Of a stretch of 64,000 nucleotides of DNA, positions 45,222 through 58,769 are shown piece by piece; position 1 is the first letter of the stretch, and each line of letters starts with the position of its first letter. Made by a program: the position numbers and the translations under genes. The notes beneath the pieces were generated by a model, which was not told where the DNA came from, ran no database searches, and saw nothing but the letters and a program-made list of their open reading frames with translations. The DNA comes from Escherichia coli (GTDB taxonomy: Bacteria > Pseudomonadota > Gammaproteobacteria > Enterobacterales > Enterobacteriaceae), in NCBI RefSeq assembly GCF_003790525.1, contig NZ_CP033635.1, one strand, 5' to 3'.

Positions 45222-47978
45222 TTACCCGAGAATTTTGCTGGCTTCGCGCGCTACATTATCCATCTCGTCTAACAGTTCCAGCAGCTCCGGCTCCAAATCT
45301 TCTTCTTTAGTACCGCTACGTAGCTGTTGTTCGATCAGTTGGCAGAGATTTTTCATACGCGGCACACCGCTATAGCCGCAACTGCCATGCAGTTTATGAA
45401 TCAAATCAACCAGGCCTTCCGGGTTTTCTCCAACCAGCTGTTCCTCAACTTTGTTGCGAACTTCAGGCAGGAAATCGAGTAACATTTGCAGCATATCGCG
45501 CGCTAAATCGGTTTTTCCTGCTGCCTGGCGTAGTGCCAGTTGCCAGTCGAGGGTCGCATTCGGGTTCACCACAATTTCGTTGACTTCGGGCGTCACGACG
45601 CGAGAGGAAATACCGCTGCCAGGCTTATAGCGCAACAACAAATTATGCAATCGCTCTTCTTCAATCGGTTTCGCCAGATAATCGCTCATCCCTGCGCCAA
45701 GCAGCTTCTCTTTTTGCCCGGCCATTGCATGCGCCGTTACCGCGATAACCGGCGTTTGTTGCTGATGGGGGAGCTGGTGGATGAGTTCGCAGGCCCGAAT
45801 GCCGTCCATGTCCGGCATTTGAATATCCATTAAGATCAAATCGAACGGCATCTGTTTCGCCCGTTCAACCGCCTGATGCCCGCTATCGCAAAGTTCCACA
45901 TGTTGCACCATATCTTCCAGCAATGCGCCGATAAGTTTCAGGTTAGCGGGGTTGTCATCAACCGCCATGACTGTCATTGCCAGCTTACTTTCATCGGTTA
46001 CAGGCAAAAGCGTGTTTTGTTTGTGATGACAAAATTCCGTCAGGGCAGGTAACAGGCGCGTAGGTGTTAATGGTTTCAGCAGACACGCGCCGATACCATC
46101 TTGCTTAAGTTTTTCAGCATTGACTTGTGCATGGCAAGGAAGTGCCAGCATCAGAAAATCGGTCATCGATACTGCTTTCGCTAATCGCTCATGTTGCATT
46201 GTTAGCGGCTCGCGGAAGGTCACCGCGATGCCTAACAACATCATGTCGTAATGCGCGGGAGGCAGCGCGGAGAACGTTGGGCTATAAACCACTTCCAGCG
46301 GCGTTTCACTTAAAATATCCAGCGTGCATTGCGCTGCTGCGGAGTTTGGTTCGACATAGGCCAGGCGCTTACCGGCGAGGCACTGGGTGGATGGCCCTTC
46401 GATAATAATGTTCGGGTTCAGATCGAGATTAATGTGGAACCAGAAAGTTGAACCACGATTCGGCTGGCTATGGAACGAAATATCACCGCCCATTTCATTA
46501 ACCAGTTTTTGTGTAATCACCAGCCCCAGCCCGGTGCCACCATGACGGCGGGAAATACTGGCATCAGCCTGTCTGAAGGCCTGGAATAAGCGCGATTGGT
46601 CGCGTTCAGGAATACCAATGCCGGTATCCCGAATCTGCACTTCAATTTGCACTTTGGTATTACTCAGCGCACGTTTTTCTACCAGAATATCAATGTTGCC
46701 ATTCTCGGTGAATTTAATTGCATTCCCCACCAGGTTAGTGATGATTTGCTGTAATCGTAGTGGGTCGCCGATAACGTTATCAGGCACGTCGCTTTTAATA
46801 TTGAGCGTCAGTTCCAGCCCTTTATCGTGAGAAGAATGTGCCAGCAGGGTAACGACTTCATCCAGCGTGCTGCGTAGTGGGAATGGAATACTTTCCAGAA
46901 TCAGCTTACCTGCTTCCAGTTTCGAGAAGTCGAGAACATCATTAATAATTGCCAGCAAATTATTTGCCGAACGTTCAATCGTATTCAGGTGATCGCGCTG
47001 CGTTGGTGTTAATTCTGTTTTCAGCGTCAGGCGGGTAAAGCCAATAACACCATTCAGTGGTGTACGCAGCTCGTGTGACATATTTGCCAGAAACTCGGAT
47101 TTAATACGCGCCGCTTCCTGGGCGCGCTTTTTCGCCAGATCCAACTCAACGTTCTGAATTTCCATCTGCTCCAGCGTCTCACGCAGATCGGACGTCGCCT
47201 GGTCGATATTGTGTTGCATCTCTTCGTGATAAGCCGCCAGCGACATTGCCATCGAGTTGATACCGTTTTTCAGCATATCCAGCTCGCCGAGCATAAATCC
47301 TTCCACCCGGCTGTCGAGTTGCCCGCGACGGATGCGGTCGACGGTATTCACCATGTTGCGAATCGGGCCGGTAACATCGCGCATTAAGCGCCAGCCAAAA
47401 ATAAGCGCAATACCGATACAAAACAGCATCATCACGCTGGAAATAAAGATCTCTTTATATTGCTGCAAGCGAACCGATTTAAGATCCAGCTCCAGCGCAA
47501 TATATCCCAGCATATTTTGACTATTTTTGGCATCGCTACTGGGCGATTCGTCGGGGGAGTAACTTTCAGAAATAATCGGCGTGCGGAGGATCATTATATC
47601 GCCGTCACGAGTGACAGTGAGCTGGCGAGGAAACGGCACGTTGCTGCCGAGCTGCATTGATGAGGGATCAAGATGAAAATTGGAGGTGACAAAGAGTCGG
47701 TTATTTTCATCATAAACCGAAATCGCGCGAACAATATCAGAATGGCGACGATGCAGTACGCTTATTAACTGACCGATAGATTCGCGATTTTGCAGACTCA
47801 TGCCATATTCAGTAGAAACTGCAAGCGGCTCAATAATGCTGGCACCGGCATCTTCCAGTTGACGCTGCAAGTCGTTATAGCGATGCACGACGAAAAAGAT
47901 ACTCAGCAATAAACCAATAAGGACGGTCGGTGCCAGGATCAGAATCATCATGCGTGCGCGCAGGCTGTAGTTGGTCAT
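45222..47978 (-). CDS. barA: Tripartite hybrid sensor kinase BarA (HAMP-HisKA-HATPase-REC-HPt)
   Basis: 918-aa ORF starting [38 protein letters not shown], with H-box SHELRTPLN, a receiver domain and a C-terminal HPt domain. Recognised as BarA. Confidence 0.97.
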
Positions 47979-48034
47979 GGAGTTCCGTTATGGGACAATT
48001 AAGGTCACACTGTTAAATTGAGAAAGTCTCGCCA

Positions 48035-49336
48035 ATGGCGCAATTCTACTCTGCAAAACGACGCACGACGACGCGTCAGATCATAACCGTTTCAGTCAAT
48101 GACCTCGACTCTTTTGGTCAGGGCGTGGCGCGACATAACGGCAAAACGTTATTTATTCCTGGATTATTGCCACAGGAAAACGCGGAAGTTACTGTTACTG
48201 AAGATAAAAAACAGTACGCCCGCGCTAAAGTCGTACGCCGGTTAAGCGATAGCCCGGAACGCGAAACGCCACGCTGCCCTCATTTTGGCGTATGCGGTGG
48301 CTGTCAGCAACAACACGCCAGCGAGGATTTACAGCAGCGAAGCAAAAGTGCGGCACTCGCCCGATTAATGAAACACGAAGTCTCTGAAGTGATCGCCGAT
48401 GTTCCCTGGGGCTATCGCCGTCGCGCGCGTTTAAGTTTGAACTACTTACCGAAAACACAGCAACTTCAGATGGGGTTTCGCAAAGCGGGCTCCAGTGACA
48501 TTGTCGACGTTAAACAATGCCCCATTTTAGTGCCCCAACTTGAAGCATTGCTGCCCAAAGTCAGGGCATGCCTGGGCAGCTTACAAGCTATGCGCCATCT
48601 TGGTCATGTTGAACTGGTACAGGCAACCAGCGGCACGCTGATGATTTTGCGCCATACCGCACCGCTAAGTTCGGTAGATCGCGAAAAACTGGAACGCTTT
48701 TCGCATTCTGAAGGCCTGGATCTGTATCTCGCCCCCGATAGTGAGATACTCGAAACCGTCTCTGGTGAGATGCCCTGGTATGACTCAAACGGGTTGCGCT
48801 TAACTTTTAGCCCGCGCGATTTTATTCAGGTCAATGCGGGTGTGAACCAAAAAATGGTAGCGCGTGCGTTGGAATGGCTGGATGTACAACCTGAAGATCG
48901 CGTACTGGATCTGTTCTGCGGTATGGGCAACTTTACACTGCCATTGGCGACACAAGCTGCCAGTGTGGTGGGTGTAGAAGGCGTTCCGGCGCTGGTGGAA
49001 AAAGGCCAGCAGAATGCGCGTCTTAATGGCTTACACAATGTGACGTTTTATCACGAAAATCTTGAAGAAGATGTCACAAAGCAGCCGTGGGCGAAAAACG
49101 GCTTCGATAAAGTGTTGCTGGACCCGGCGCGAGCAGGTGCCGCAGGTGTTATGCAGCAAATTATAAAACTGGAACCTATTCGTATAGTTTATGTATCCTG
49201 TAATCCTGCAACGCTGGCTCGGGATAGCGAAGCGTTATTAAAAGCAGGATATACCATTGCGCGACTGGCGATGCTGGATATGTTCCCACACACGGGACAT
49301 CTGGAATCGATGGTACTTTTCTCGCGCGTTAAATAG
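48035..49336 (+). CDS. rlmD: 23S rRNA m5U1939 methyltransferase (4Fe-4S)
   Basis: 433-aa ORF starting [30 protein letters not shown], with a [10 protein letters not shown] cluster motif. Recognised as RlmD (RumA). Confidence 0.95.
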   Translation: MAQFYSAKRRTTTRQIITVSVNDLDSFGQGVARHNGKTLFIPGLLPQENAEVTVTEDKKQYARAKVVRRLSDSPERETPRCPHFGVCGGCQQQHASEDLQQRSKSAALARLMKHEVSEVIADVPWGYRRRARLSLNYLPKTQQLQMGFRKAGSSDIVDVKQCPILVPQLEALLPKVRACLGSLQAMRHLGHVELVQATSGTLMILRHTAPLSSVDREKLERFSHSEGLDLYLAPDSEILETVSGEMPWYDSNGLRLTFSPRDFIQVNAGVNQKMVARALEWLDVQPEDRVLDLFCGMGNFTLPLATQAASVVGVEGVPALVEKGQQNARLNGLHNVTFYHENLEEDVTKQPWAKNGFDKVLLDPARAGAAGVMQQIIKLEPIRIVYVSCNPATLARDSEALLKAGYTIARLAMLDMFPHTGHLESMVLFSRVK

Positions 49337-49383
49337 TTACGATTTGCCGATTTCGGCAGGTCTGGTCCCTAAAGGAGAGGACG

Positions 49384-51618
49384 ATGGTTGCGGTAAGAAG
49401 TGCACATATCAATAAGGCTGGTGAATTTGATCCGGAAAAATGGATCGCAAGTCTGGGTATTACCAGCCAGAAGTCGTGTGAGTGCTTAGCCGAAACCTGG
49501 GCGTATTGTCTGCAACATACGCAGGGGCATCCGGATGCCAGTCTGTTATTGTGGCGTGGTGTTGAGATGGTGGAGATCCTCTCGACATTAAGTATGGACA
49601 TTGACACGCTGCGGGCGGCGCTGCTGTTCCCTCTGGCTGATGCCAACGTAGTCAGCGAAGATGTGCTGCGTGAGAGCGTCGGTAAGTCGGTCGTTAACCT
49701 TATTCACGGCGTGCGTGATATGGCGGCGATCCGCCAGCTGAAAGCGACGCATACCGATTCTGTTTCCTCCGAACAGGTCGATAACGTTCGCCGGATGTTA
49801 TTGGCGATGGTCGATGATTTCCGCTGCGTGGTCATCAAACTGGCAGAGCGTATTGCTCATCTGCGCGAAGTAAAAGACGCGCCGGAAGATGAACGCGTAC
49901 TGGCGGCAAAAGAGTGCACCAATATCTACGCGCCGTTGGCGAACCGTCTTGGGATTGGGCAACTGAAATGGGAGCTGGAAGATTACTGCTTCCGTTATCT
50001 CCACCCGACCGAATACAAACGCATCGCAAAACTGCTGCATGAACGCCGTCTCGACCGCGAACACTATATCGAAGAGTTTGTCGGCCACCTGCGCGCTGAG
50101 ATGAAAGCTGAAGGCGTTAAAGCTGAAGTGTATGGTCGTCCGAAACACATCTACAGCATCTGGCGCAAAATGCAGAAAAAGAACCTCGCCTTCGATGAGC
50201 TGTTTGATGTGCGTGCGGTACGTATTGTCGCCGAGCGTTTACAGGATTGTTATGCCGCACTGGGGATAGTGCACACTCACTATCGCCACCTGCCGGATGA
50301 GTTTGACGATTACGTCGCTAACCCGAAACCAAACGGTTATCAGTCTATTCATACCGTGGTTCTGGGACCAGGTGGCAAAACCGTTGAGATCCAAATCCGC
50401 ACTAAACAGATGCATGAAGATGCAGAGTTGGGTGTTGCTGCGCACTGGAAATATAAAGAGGGCGCGGCAGCTGGCGGCGCACGTTCGGGACATGAAGACC
50501 GGATTGCCTGGCTGCGTAAACTGATTGCGTGGCAGGAAGAGATGGCTGATTCCGGCGAAATGCTCGACGAAGTACGTAGCCAGGTCTTTGACGACCGGGT
50601 GTACGTCTTTACGCCGAAAGGTGATGTCGTTGATTTGCCTGCGGGATCAACACCGCTGGACTTCGCGTACCACATCCACAGTGATGTCGGACACCGCTGC
50701 ATCGGGGCAAAAATTGGCGGGCGCATTGTGCCGTTCACCTACCAGCTGCAGATGGGCGACCAGATTGAAATTATCACCCAGAAACAGCCGAACCCCAGCC
50801 GTGACTGGTTAAACCCAAATCTCGGTTACGTCACAACCAGTCGTGGGCGCTCGAAAATTCACGCCTGGTTCCGTAAACAGGATCGTGACAAAAACATTCT
50901 GGCTGGACGGCAAATCCTTGATGACGAGCTGGAACATCTGGGGATCAGCCTGAAAGAAGCAGAAAAACACCTGCTGCCGCGTTACAACTTCAATGATGTC
51001 GACGAGTTGCTGGCGGCGATTGGTGGCGGGGATATCCGTCTCAATCAGATGGTGAACTTCCTGCAATCGCAATTTAATAAGCCGAGTGCCGAAGAGCAGG
51101 ATGCCGCCGCGCTGAAACAGCTTCAGCAAAAAAGCTACACGCCGCAAAACCGCAGTAAAGATAACGGTCGTGTGGTGGTAGAAGGTGTCGGTAACCTGAT
51201 GCACCACATCGCGCGCTGCTGCCAGCCGATTCCTGGAGATGAGATTGTCGGCTTCATTACCCAGGGACGCGGTATTTCAGTACACCGCGCCGATTGCGAA
51301 CAACTGGCGGAACTGCGCTCCCATGCGCCAGAACGCATTGTTGACGCGGTATGGGGCGAGAGCTACTCCGCCGGATATTCGCTGGTGGTCCGCGTGGTGG
51401 CTAATGATCGTAGTGGGTTGTTACGTGATATCACGACCATTCTCGCCAACGAGAAGGTGAACGTACTTGGCGTTGCCAGCCGTAGCGACACCAAACAGCA
51501 ACTGGCGACCATCGACATGACCATTGAGATTTACAACCTGCAAGTGCTGGGCCGCGTGCTGGGTAAACTCAACCAGGTGCCGGATGTTATCGACGCGCGT
51601 CGGTTGCACGGGAGTTAG
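49384..51618 (+). CDS. relA: GTP pyrophosphokinase, (p)ppGpp synthetase I
   Basis: 744-aa ORF starting MVAVRSAHINKAGEFDPEKWIASLGITSQKSCE, recognised as RelA. Confidence 0.97.
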   Translation: MVAVRSAHINKAGEFDPEKWIASLGITSQKSCECLAETWAYCLQHTQGHPDASLLLWRGVEMVEILSTLSMDIDTLRAALLFPLADANVVSEDVLRESVGKSVVNLIHGVRDMAAIRQLKATHTDSVSSEQVDNVRRMLLAMVDDFRCVVIKLAERIAHLREVKDAPEDERVLAAKECTNIYAPLANRLGIGQLKWELEDYCFRYLHPTEYKRIAKLLHERRLDREHYIEEFVGHLRAEMKAEGVKAEVYGRPKHIYSIWRKMQKKNLAFDELFDVRAVRIVAERLQDCYAALGIVHTHYRHLPDEFDDYVANPKPNGYQSIHTVVLGPGGKTVEIQIRTKQMHEDAELGVAAHWKYKEGAAAGGARSGHEDRIAWLRKLIAWQEEMADSGEMLDEVRSQVFDDRVYVFTPKGDVVDLPAGSTPLDFAYHIHSDVGHRCIGAKIGGRIVPFTYQLQMGDQIEIITQKQPNPSRDWLNPNLGYVTTSRGRSKIHAWFRKQDRDKNILAGRQILDDELEHLGISLKEAEKHLLPRYNFNDVDELLAAIGGGDIRLNQMVNFLQSQFNKPSAEEQDAAALKQLQQKSYTPQNRSKDNGRVVVEGVGNLMHHIARCCQPIPGDEIVGFITQGRGISVHRADCEQLAELRSHAPERIVDAVWGESYSAGYSLVVRVVANDRSGLLRDITTILANEKVNVLGVASRSDTKQQLATIDMTIEIYNLQVLGRVLGKLNQVPDVIDARRLHGS

Positions 51619-51632
51619 GCCGAAACTTGTTC

Positions 51633-51678
51633 GTATCTACAATGTAGATCGATATATACTGTATCTACATATGATAGC
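51633..51678 (+). promoter_or_regulatory. mazEF promoter/operator region with the 'alternating palindrome'
   Basis: gtATCTACAATGTAGATcgatatatactGTATCTACATATGATAGc. The repeated ATCTACA / TGTAGAT half-sites match the MazE-MazF autoregulatory palindrome I recall for the mazEF P2 promoter. Confidence 0.65.
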
Positions 51679-51695
51679 GGTTTGAGGAAAGGGTT

Positions 51696-51944
51696 ATGAT
51701 CCACAGTAGCGTAAAGCGTTGGGGAAATTCTCCTGCAGTGCGGATCCCGGCTACGTTAATGCAGGCGCTCAATCTGAATATTGATGATGAAGTGAAGATT
51801 GACCTGGTGGATGGAAAATTAATTATTGAGCCAGTGCGTAAAGAGCCCGTATTTACGCTTGCTGAACTGGTCAACGACATCACGCCGGAAAACCTCCACG
51901 AGAATATCGACTGGGGGGAGCCGAAAGATAAGGAAGTCTGGTAA
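51696..51944 (+). CDS. mazE: Antitoxin MazE (type II TA system)
   Basis: 82-aa ORF starting [27 protein letters not shown] (AbrB/SpoVT fold), recognised as MazE. Confidence 0.97.
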
Positions 51945-52279
51945 TGGTAAGCCGATACGTACCCGATACGGGCGATCTGATTTGGGTTGATTTTGACCCG
52001 ACAAAAGGTAGCGAGCAAGCCGGACATCGTCCGGCTGTTGTCCTGAGTCCGTTCATGTACAACAACAAAACAGGTATGTGTCTGTGTGTTCCTTGTACAA
52101 CGCAATCAAAAGGATATCCGTTCGAAGTTGTTCTATCCGGTCAGGAACGTGATGGCGTAGCGTTAGCTGATCAGGTAAAAAGTATCGCCTGGCGGGCAAG
52201 AGGAGCAACGAAGAAAGGAACAGTTGCCCCAGAGGAATTACAACTCATTAAAGCCAAAATTAACGTGCTGATTGGGTAG
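51944..52279 (+). CDS. mazF: Toxin MazF (ACA-specific mRNA interferase)
   Basis: 111-aa ORF starting MVSRYVPD(T/M)GDLIWVDFDPTKGSEQAGHRPAVVLS. Its ATG overlaps the mazE stop (TAATG). Confidence 0.97.
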   Translation: MVSRYVPDTGDLIWVDFDPTKGSEQAGHRPAVVLSPFMYNNKTGMCLCVPCTTQSKGYPFEVVLSGQERDGVALADQVKSIAWRARGATKKGTVAPEELQLIKAKINVLIG

Positions 52280-52350
52280 GTGTTACTAACTCACTTCTAT
52301 TCTGGTCACAGGTTTCCACCTGACAGACCCGCAATTTTCAGGACAATTCA

Positions 52351-53142
52351 ATGAATCAAATCGACCGTTTGCTCACTATTATGCAGCGCCTGCGCGATCC
52401 GGAAAACGGCTGCCCGTGGGATAAAGAGCAGACATTTGCCACCATTGCGCCTTACACCCTTGAAGAAACCTACGAGGTGCTGGACGCCATCGCCCGTGAA
52501 GATTTTGACGATCTGCGCGGTGAACTGGGCGATCTGCTGTTCCAGGTGGTGTTTTACGCACAAATGGCTCAGGAAGAAGGGCGCTTTGACTTTAATGATA
52601 TTTGCGCTGCTATTAGCGATAAATTAGAGCGTCGCCATCCGCATGTTTTTGCTGACAGTTCTGCCGAAAACAGTAGTGAAGTGCTCGCCCGTTGGGAGCA
52701 AATCAAAACCGAAGAACGCGCGCAGAAAGCACAGCATTCGGCGCTGGATGATATTCCTCGTAGTTTACCGGCTTTAATGCGTGCGCAAAAAATCCAGAAA
52801 CGTTGCGCCAACGTTGGCTTCGACTGGACGACGCTTGGTCCGGTAGTCGATAAAGTCTACGAAGAGATCGACGAGGTGATGTACGAGGCGCAGCAGGCTG
52901 TTGTCGACCAGGCTAAACTGGAGGAGGAAATGGGTGACCTGCTGTTTGCCACGGTCAATCTGGCTCGTCATTTAGGGACAAAAGCGGAAATCGCATTGCA
53001 AAAAGCGAACGAAAAATTCGAGCGTCGTTTTCGCGAAGTGGAGCGTATTGTTGCCGCGCGTGGACTGGAAATGACAGGTGTTGACCTCGAAACAATGGAA
53101 GAAGTCTGGCAACAGGTAAAACGGCAGGAAATTGATCTCTAA
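52351..53142 (+). CDS. mazG: Nucleoside triphosphate pyrophosphohydrolase MazG
   Basis: 263-aa ORF starting MNQIDRLLTIMQRLRDPENGCPWDKEQTF, recognised as MazG. Confidence 0.96.
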   Translation: MNQIDRLLTIMQRLRDPENGCPWDKEQTFATIAPYTLEETYEVLDAIAREDFDDLRGELGDLLFQVVFYAQMAQEEGRFDFNDICAAISDKLERRHPHVFADSSAENSSEVLARWEQIKTEERAQKAQHSALDDIPRSLPALMRAQKIQKRCANVGFDWTTLGPVVDKVYEEIDEVMYEAQQAVVDQAKLEEEMGDLLFATVNLARHLGTKAEIALQKANEKFERRFREVERIVAARGLEMTGVDLETMEEVWQQVKRQEIDL

Positions 53143-53155
53143 GGGAATTACGCGG

Positions 53156-53200
53156 TCAAGCGCCATTTGTGTCATTTTTTAAATGACAAGCGCTTGATTT
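53156..53200 (+). terminator. Probable terminator after mazG
   Basis: tcaagcgc...tgtcattt / aaatgaca...gcgcttga bulged hairpin followed by TTT. Confidence 0.45.
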
Positions 53201-53354
53201 GCGTCAAAAACATTTACCCCAAAGGGGCTATTTTCTCACTCCTGATTTCAATAGTGCGCTGGCGAAGAGGAGGGATAATGAAAGTTTGTGGCACAGGTCA
53301 TGTTCGGGTATACTGCTTTCCCGTCCTGGTTATTCCATCGTCTTTTCAACCTAA

Positions 53355-55007
<1,653 letters not shown>

Positions 55008-55024
55008 GAAAAAAGTTAGAACGG

Positions 55025-55055
55025 CAACGCGTACCCTGGGTACGCGTTGTTTGTC
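55025..55055 (+). terminator. pyrG-eno intercistronic hairpin (weak or partial terminator)
   Basis: caacgcgtacc-ctg-ggtacgcgttg, an 11-bp stem followed by tttgtctgg (poor T-run). Confidence 0.4.
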
Positions 55056-55078
55056 TGGAGTTTCAGTTTAACTAGTGA

Positions 55079-56392
<1,314 letters not shown>

Positions 56393-56420
56393 GTCTGACT
56401 TTATCTGATTTAAAAATGCC

Positions 56421-56433
56421 AGCCTTCGGGCTG
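56421..56433. repeat. IS4 target-site duplication, left copy
   Basis: agccttcgggctg (14 bp if the preceding c at 56420 is included) is repeated at 57861-57873. Confidence 0.9.
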
Positions 56434-56437
56434 TAAT

Positions 56438-56470
56438 GCCAGTCAGTTAAGCAACTGACTGGCTCTTTTT
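56438..56470 (+). terminator. Inward-facing intrinsic terminator inside the left IS4 end
   Basis: gccagtcagtt-aagc-aactgactggc (11-bp stem) followed by tcTTTTT on the plus strand. It overlaps the insG stop codon. Confidence 0.65.
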
Positions 56471-57775
56471 CGGGGCTGTGGGGTATTTCCAGGGCCTCTC
56501 CTTTACCACTCTCGGGAAGGCCCTTTCCCTTCTTGTCGGTAATTTCACAAGTTGTCCCATACTTGCAAGATCGCGCATCAGCTCCGGTATACGTCCCGGT
56601 GAAGCGCCCTGCAATGTCATCAGCATTCTCATCACCATTCCACATGATTCTGAGAAACTCAGTTGATTCGGCCAGTAACCTTTCAGATATTCCGCCATTT
56701 TAATCATCTGATATCTCACCAGATTATAAGCCAGTAAGACACCCCACAGCTCTTGCTCCACAAGCTCCGGTTTTTTACTTCTCAGCGTCAGCCTGCTCAG
56801 TTGCATCGTCTGTTTTATCTCCCTGTATCCCAGTTCGATTTCCCAGCGATGACTGTACAGATCCGCCATTTCTCCTCCGGGGAAGCGCATGGCGTCCGTC
56901 ATCGACGTCAGCAGATGGCAGACTTTTCCTTTGCGCGTCACGGTCAGCAGGCGGGCTGTCACTTCATTTCCCAGTCCCGGCCACTTTTTTCGTGCCTGCG
57001 GGCTGGTTTTCAGCTTCACCAGATGATCGCCTTTACCCAGTTTTCTGATCTCTTCATATTGCGCTCCCTTTCTGAGAGGTATCATCCAGTGGCGGTGTTC
57101 TCCCGCCAGGCTCCAGGCATTTAACAGTCCCAGTGAGTAATAACCTTTATCCATTAACGTCAGAGTGTTATCGCCGGTTTGTTCTATAAGTTGCTCAGCA
57201 AGCTCATTTTCGCTGTTCTTCATCGTGCCGAAGGCTGCAGCCGTCAGCAGATGGCTGGTCAGTTCCATCTGGCAGACCATTTTGACCTGCGGGTAGAGCG
57301 CCGGGTTCCCGGCATGTGTCTGGCGGGGGAAGGCTGCATCGTTCTCTGGTGTATCCGGTGTGCGCCAGAACACACCATCGATGGCCAGCAGGGTCAGGCC
57401 GCACCAGTGCGGATGCGGCGTGGCGTTATGCCAGAGCTGCGCTGTTTTCGTGAACACGCGGCGGACAGCCTCACTTCCCAGGCGCTGGCGGGCCTGAATA
57501 ACGGCACTGGGGGCAACGAAGGGGCGATTGCCCGGCAGCATGATGTCCAGGCGATTCACAATCTGGTGAAGAGGTTCTTTACGCTCAAGCGCCATGCCAA
57601 CAATACACCAGACCATCATTTCGAGGGGAAGACGGCGCTTGCGTAGCGTTACAGTACCTGATTCGGCAAGGCAACGAGAGATGAGTTCGGGGTCGAGGTA
57701 ATCCCCCAGAGAAGTCAGTGGGTTACGCAGAGAATCGTAACGGGATACCAGATCAAGAGCCTGTCCAATGTGCAT
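56447..57775 (-). CDS. insG: IS4 transposase (DDE, IS4 family)
   Basis: ORF 56447..57793. From ATG 57775 the 442-aa product [40 protein letters not shown]... is recognised as IS4 InsG. The upstream 6 codons are encoded by a terminator hairpin and T-run. Confidence 0.95.
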   Translation of the reverse strand: MHIGQALDLVSRYDSLRNPLTSLGDYLDPELISRCLAESGTVTLRKRRLPLEMMVWCIVGMALERKEPLHQIVNRLDIMLPGNRPFVAPSAVIQARQRLGSEAVRRVFTKTAQLWHNATPHPHWCGLTLLAIDGVFWRTPDTPENDAAFPRQTHAGNPALYPQVKMVCQMELTSHLLTAAAFGTMKNSENELAEQLIEQTGDNTLTLMDKGYYSLGLLNAWSLAGEHRHWMIPLRKGAQYEEIRKLGKGDHLVKLKTSPQARKKWPGLGNEVTARLLTVTRKGKVCHLLTSMTDAMRFPGGEMADLYSHRWEIELGYREIKQTMQLSRLTLRSKKPELVEQELWGVLLAYNLVRYQMIKMAEYLKGYWPNQLSFSESCGMVMRMLMTLQGASPGRIPELMRDLASMGQLVKLPTRRERAFPRVVKERPWKYPTAPKKSQSVA

Positions 57776-57810
57776 AAAAAAATCCGGAAACAAGTGAGCG
57801 TTTCCGGATT
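57776..57810 (-). terminator. Inward-facing intrinsic terminator inside the right IS4 end, immediately upstream of the transposase ATG
   Basis: The minus strand reads aatccggaaa-cgctcacttg-tttccggatt (10-bp stem) followed by TTTTTTT and then ATG 57775. Confidence 0.65.
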
Positions 57811-57860
57811 CTTACACAGCCACTGGATCGGTCAACTGATCCTTAACTGATCGGCATTAC

Positions 57861-57873
57861 AGCCTTCGGGCTG
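57861..57873. repeat. IS4 target-site duplication, right copy
   Basis: agccttcgggctg. Removing IS4 and one repeat copy restores aaaaatgccagccttcgggctggcattttt, a perfect bidirectional terminator. Confidence 0.9.
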
Positions 57874-57891
57874 GCATTTTTTATGGCTGAG

Positions 57892-58764
57892 TTACCAGCG
57901 GCCAGACGCGCCGCCACCGCCAGAAGAACCGCCACCTCCGTTAAATCCGCCGCCAGTTGAGCCGCCACCAGAACCGCCGCTGTCTGAATGATAACTTCTA
58001 CCTGATGCTTTTTTCTGTGGGACACATAACCAGGTAAAGACCATAATGATGGTGAAAGCAAAAAAGAAGGAAAATACAGCAATGGAAAAAGTTTGATCGG
58101 AGAACAGGAATAAATCTATAAGATAGACTGTTGAAATACAAACACTGCTTTTAAATGCCCGACAAAAATTATTGCCTTGATGAAAAAACCAGAAAGGGAA
58201 GAACATCACTGCAAATACCCAAAAAATAGCAAAGTAGTAATGATCACTGGAAGACGCTGATTCACTTTCTGAAGGATTAGACGAATATTGGTGTTGTGAA
58301 GTGAGTTGGTTATTCAAAGCGATTATAGCTAATTCTAATCCCTTAGCTAATTTTTGTTTTTTAAAGGCGGGTATCATGATGCTACGGATGATATTGCCAG
58401 CCAGAGCATCGGTTACCTTTTCTTCCAGCCCATAACCTACCTGGATGCGGACAGTACGATCCGACCAGGCAACAATGATCAGTATCCCATCATTACGTTT
58501 GGCATCTCCTAAACGCCAATTGTCAAAAACTCTTGTAGCATATTGTTCAATAGAATCGTCTCCGGTGGATGGCACTATTAATACAGCGACCTGTGCCCGT
58601 GTTTTTTGTGTAATATCCTGCAGCTGTTGTGTTAGTGATTGTTGTTCAGACGTGCTTAAGGTACCAGTAATATCGGTCACCTGTTGGCGCAGCTCCGGCA
58701 CAGCAATTTGCTGGGCAAGCACAGGAAGGCACCATAAAGTGAGTAGAAAAAGGATTATACGCAT
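57892..58764 (-). CDS. ygcG: TPM-domain membrane protein YgcG (third TPM paralogue of the module)
   Basis: ORF 57892..58776 (TTG). ATG 58764 gives 290 aa starting [19 protein letters not shown] (signal peptide). The TPM-like core is TDITGTLS...[29 protein letters not shown]...[20 protein letters not shown]. It is followed by TM segments and a Gly-rich tail [15 protein letters not shown]. Recognised as K-12 YgcG. Confidence 0.9.
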   Translation of the reverse strand: MRIILFLLTLWCLPVLAQQIAVPELRQQVTDITGTLSTSEQQSLTQQLQDITQKTRAQVAVLIVPSTGDDSIEQYATRVFDNWRLGDAKRNDGILIIVAWSDRTVRIQVGYGLEEKVTDALAGNIIRSIMIPAFKKQKLAKGLELAIIALNNQLTSQHQYSSNPSESESASSSDHYYFAIFWVFAVMFFPFWFFHQGNNFCRAFKSSVCISTVYLIDLFLFSDQTFSIAVFSFFFAFTIIMVFTWLCVPQKKASGRSYHSDSGGSGGGSTGGGFNGGGGSSGGGGASGRW

Positions 58765-58769
58765 AACGA

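Larger units (their letters stand above)
56434..57859 (-). mobile_element. IS4: Complete IS4 insertion sequence (1426 bp)
   Basis: Terminal inverted repeats are TAATGCCAGTCAGTTAAG (56434-56451) and CTTAACTGATCGGCATTA (57842-57859), matching 16 of 18. It contains a single DDE transposase ORF recognised as InsG and is flanked by a 13-14 bp direct repeat. Its 1426-bp length equals the published IS4 length as I recall it. Confidence 0.95.
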
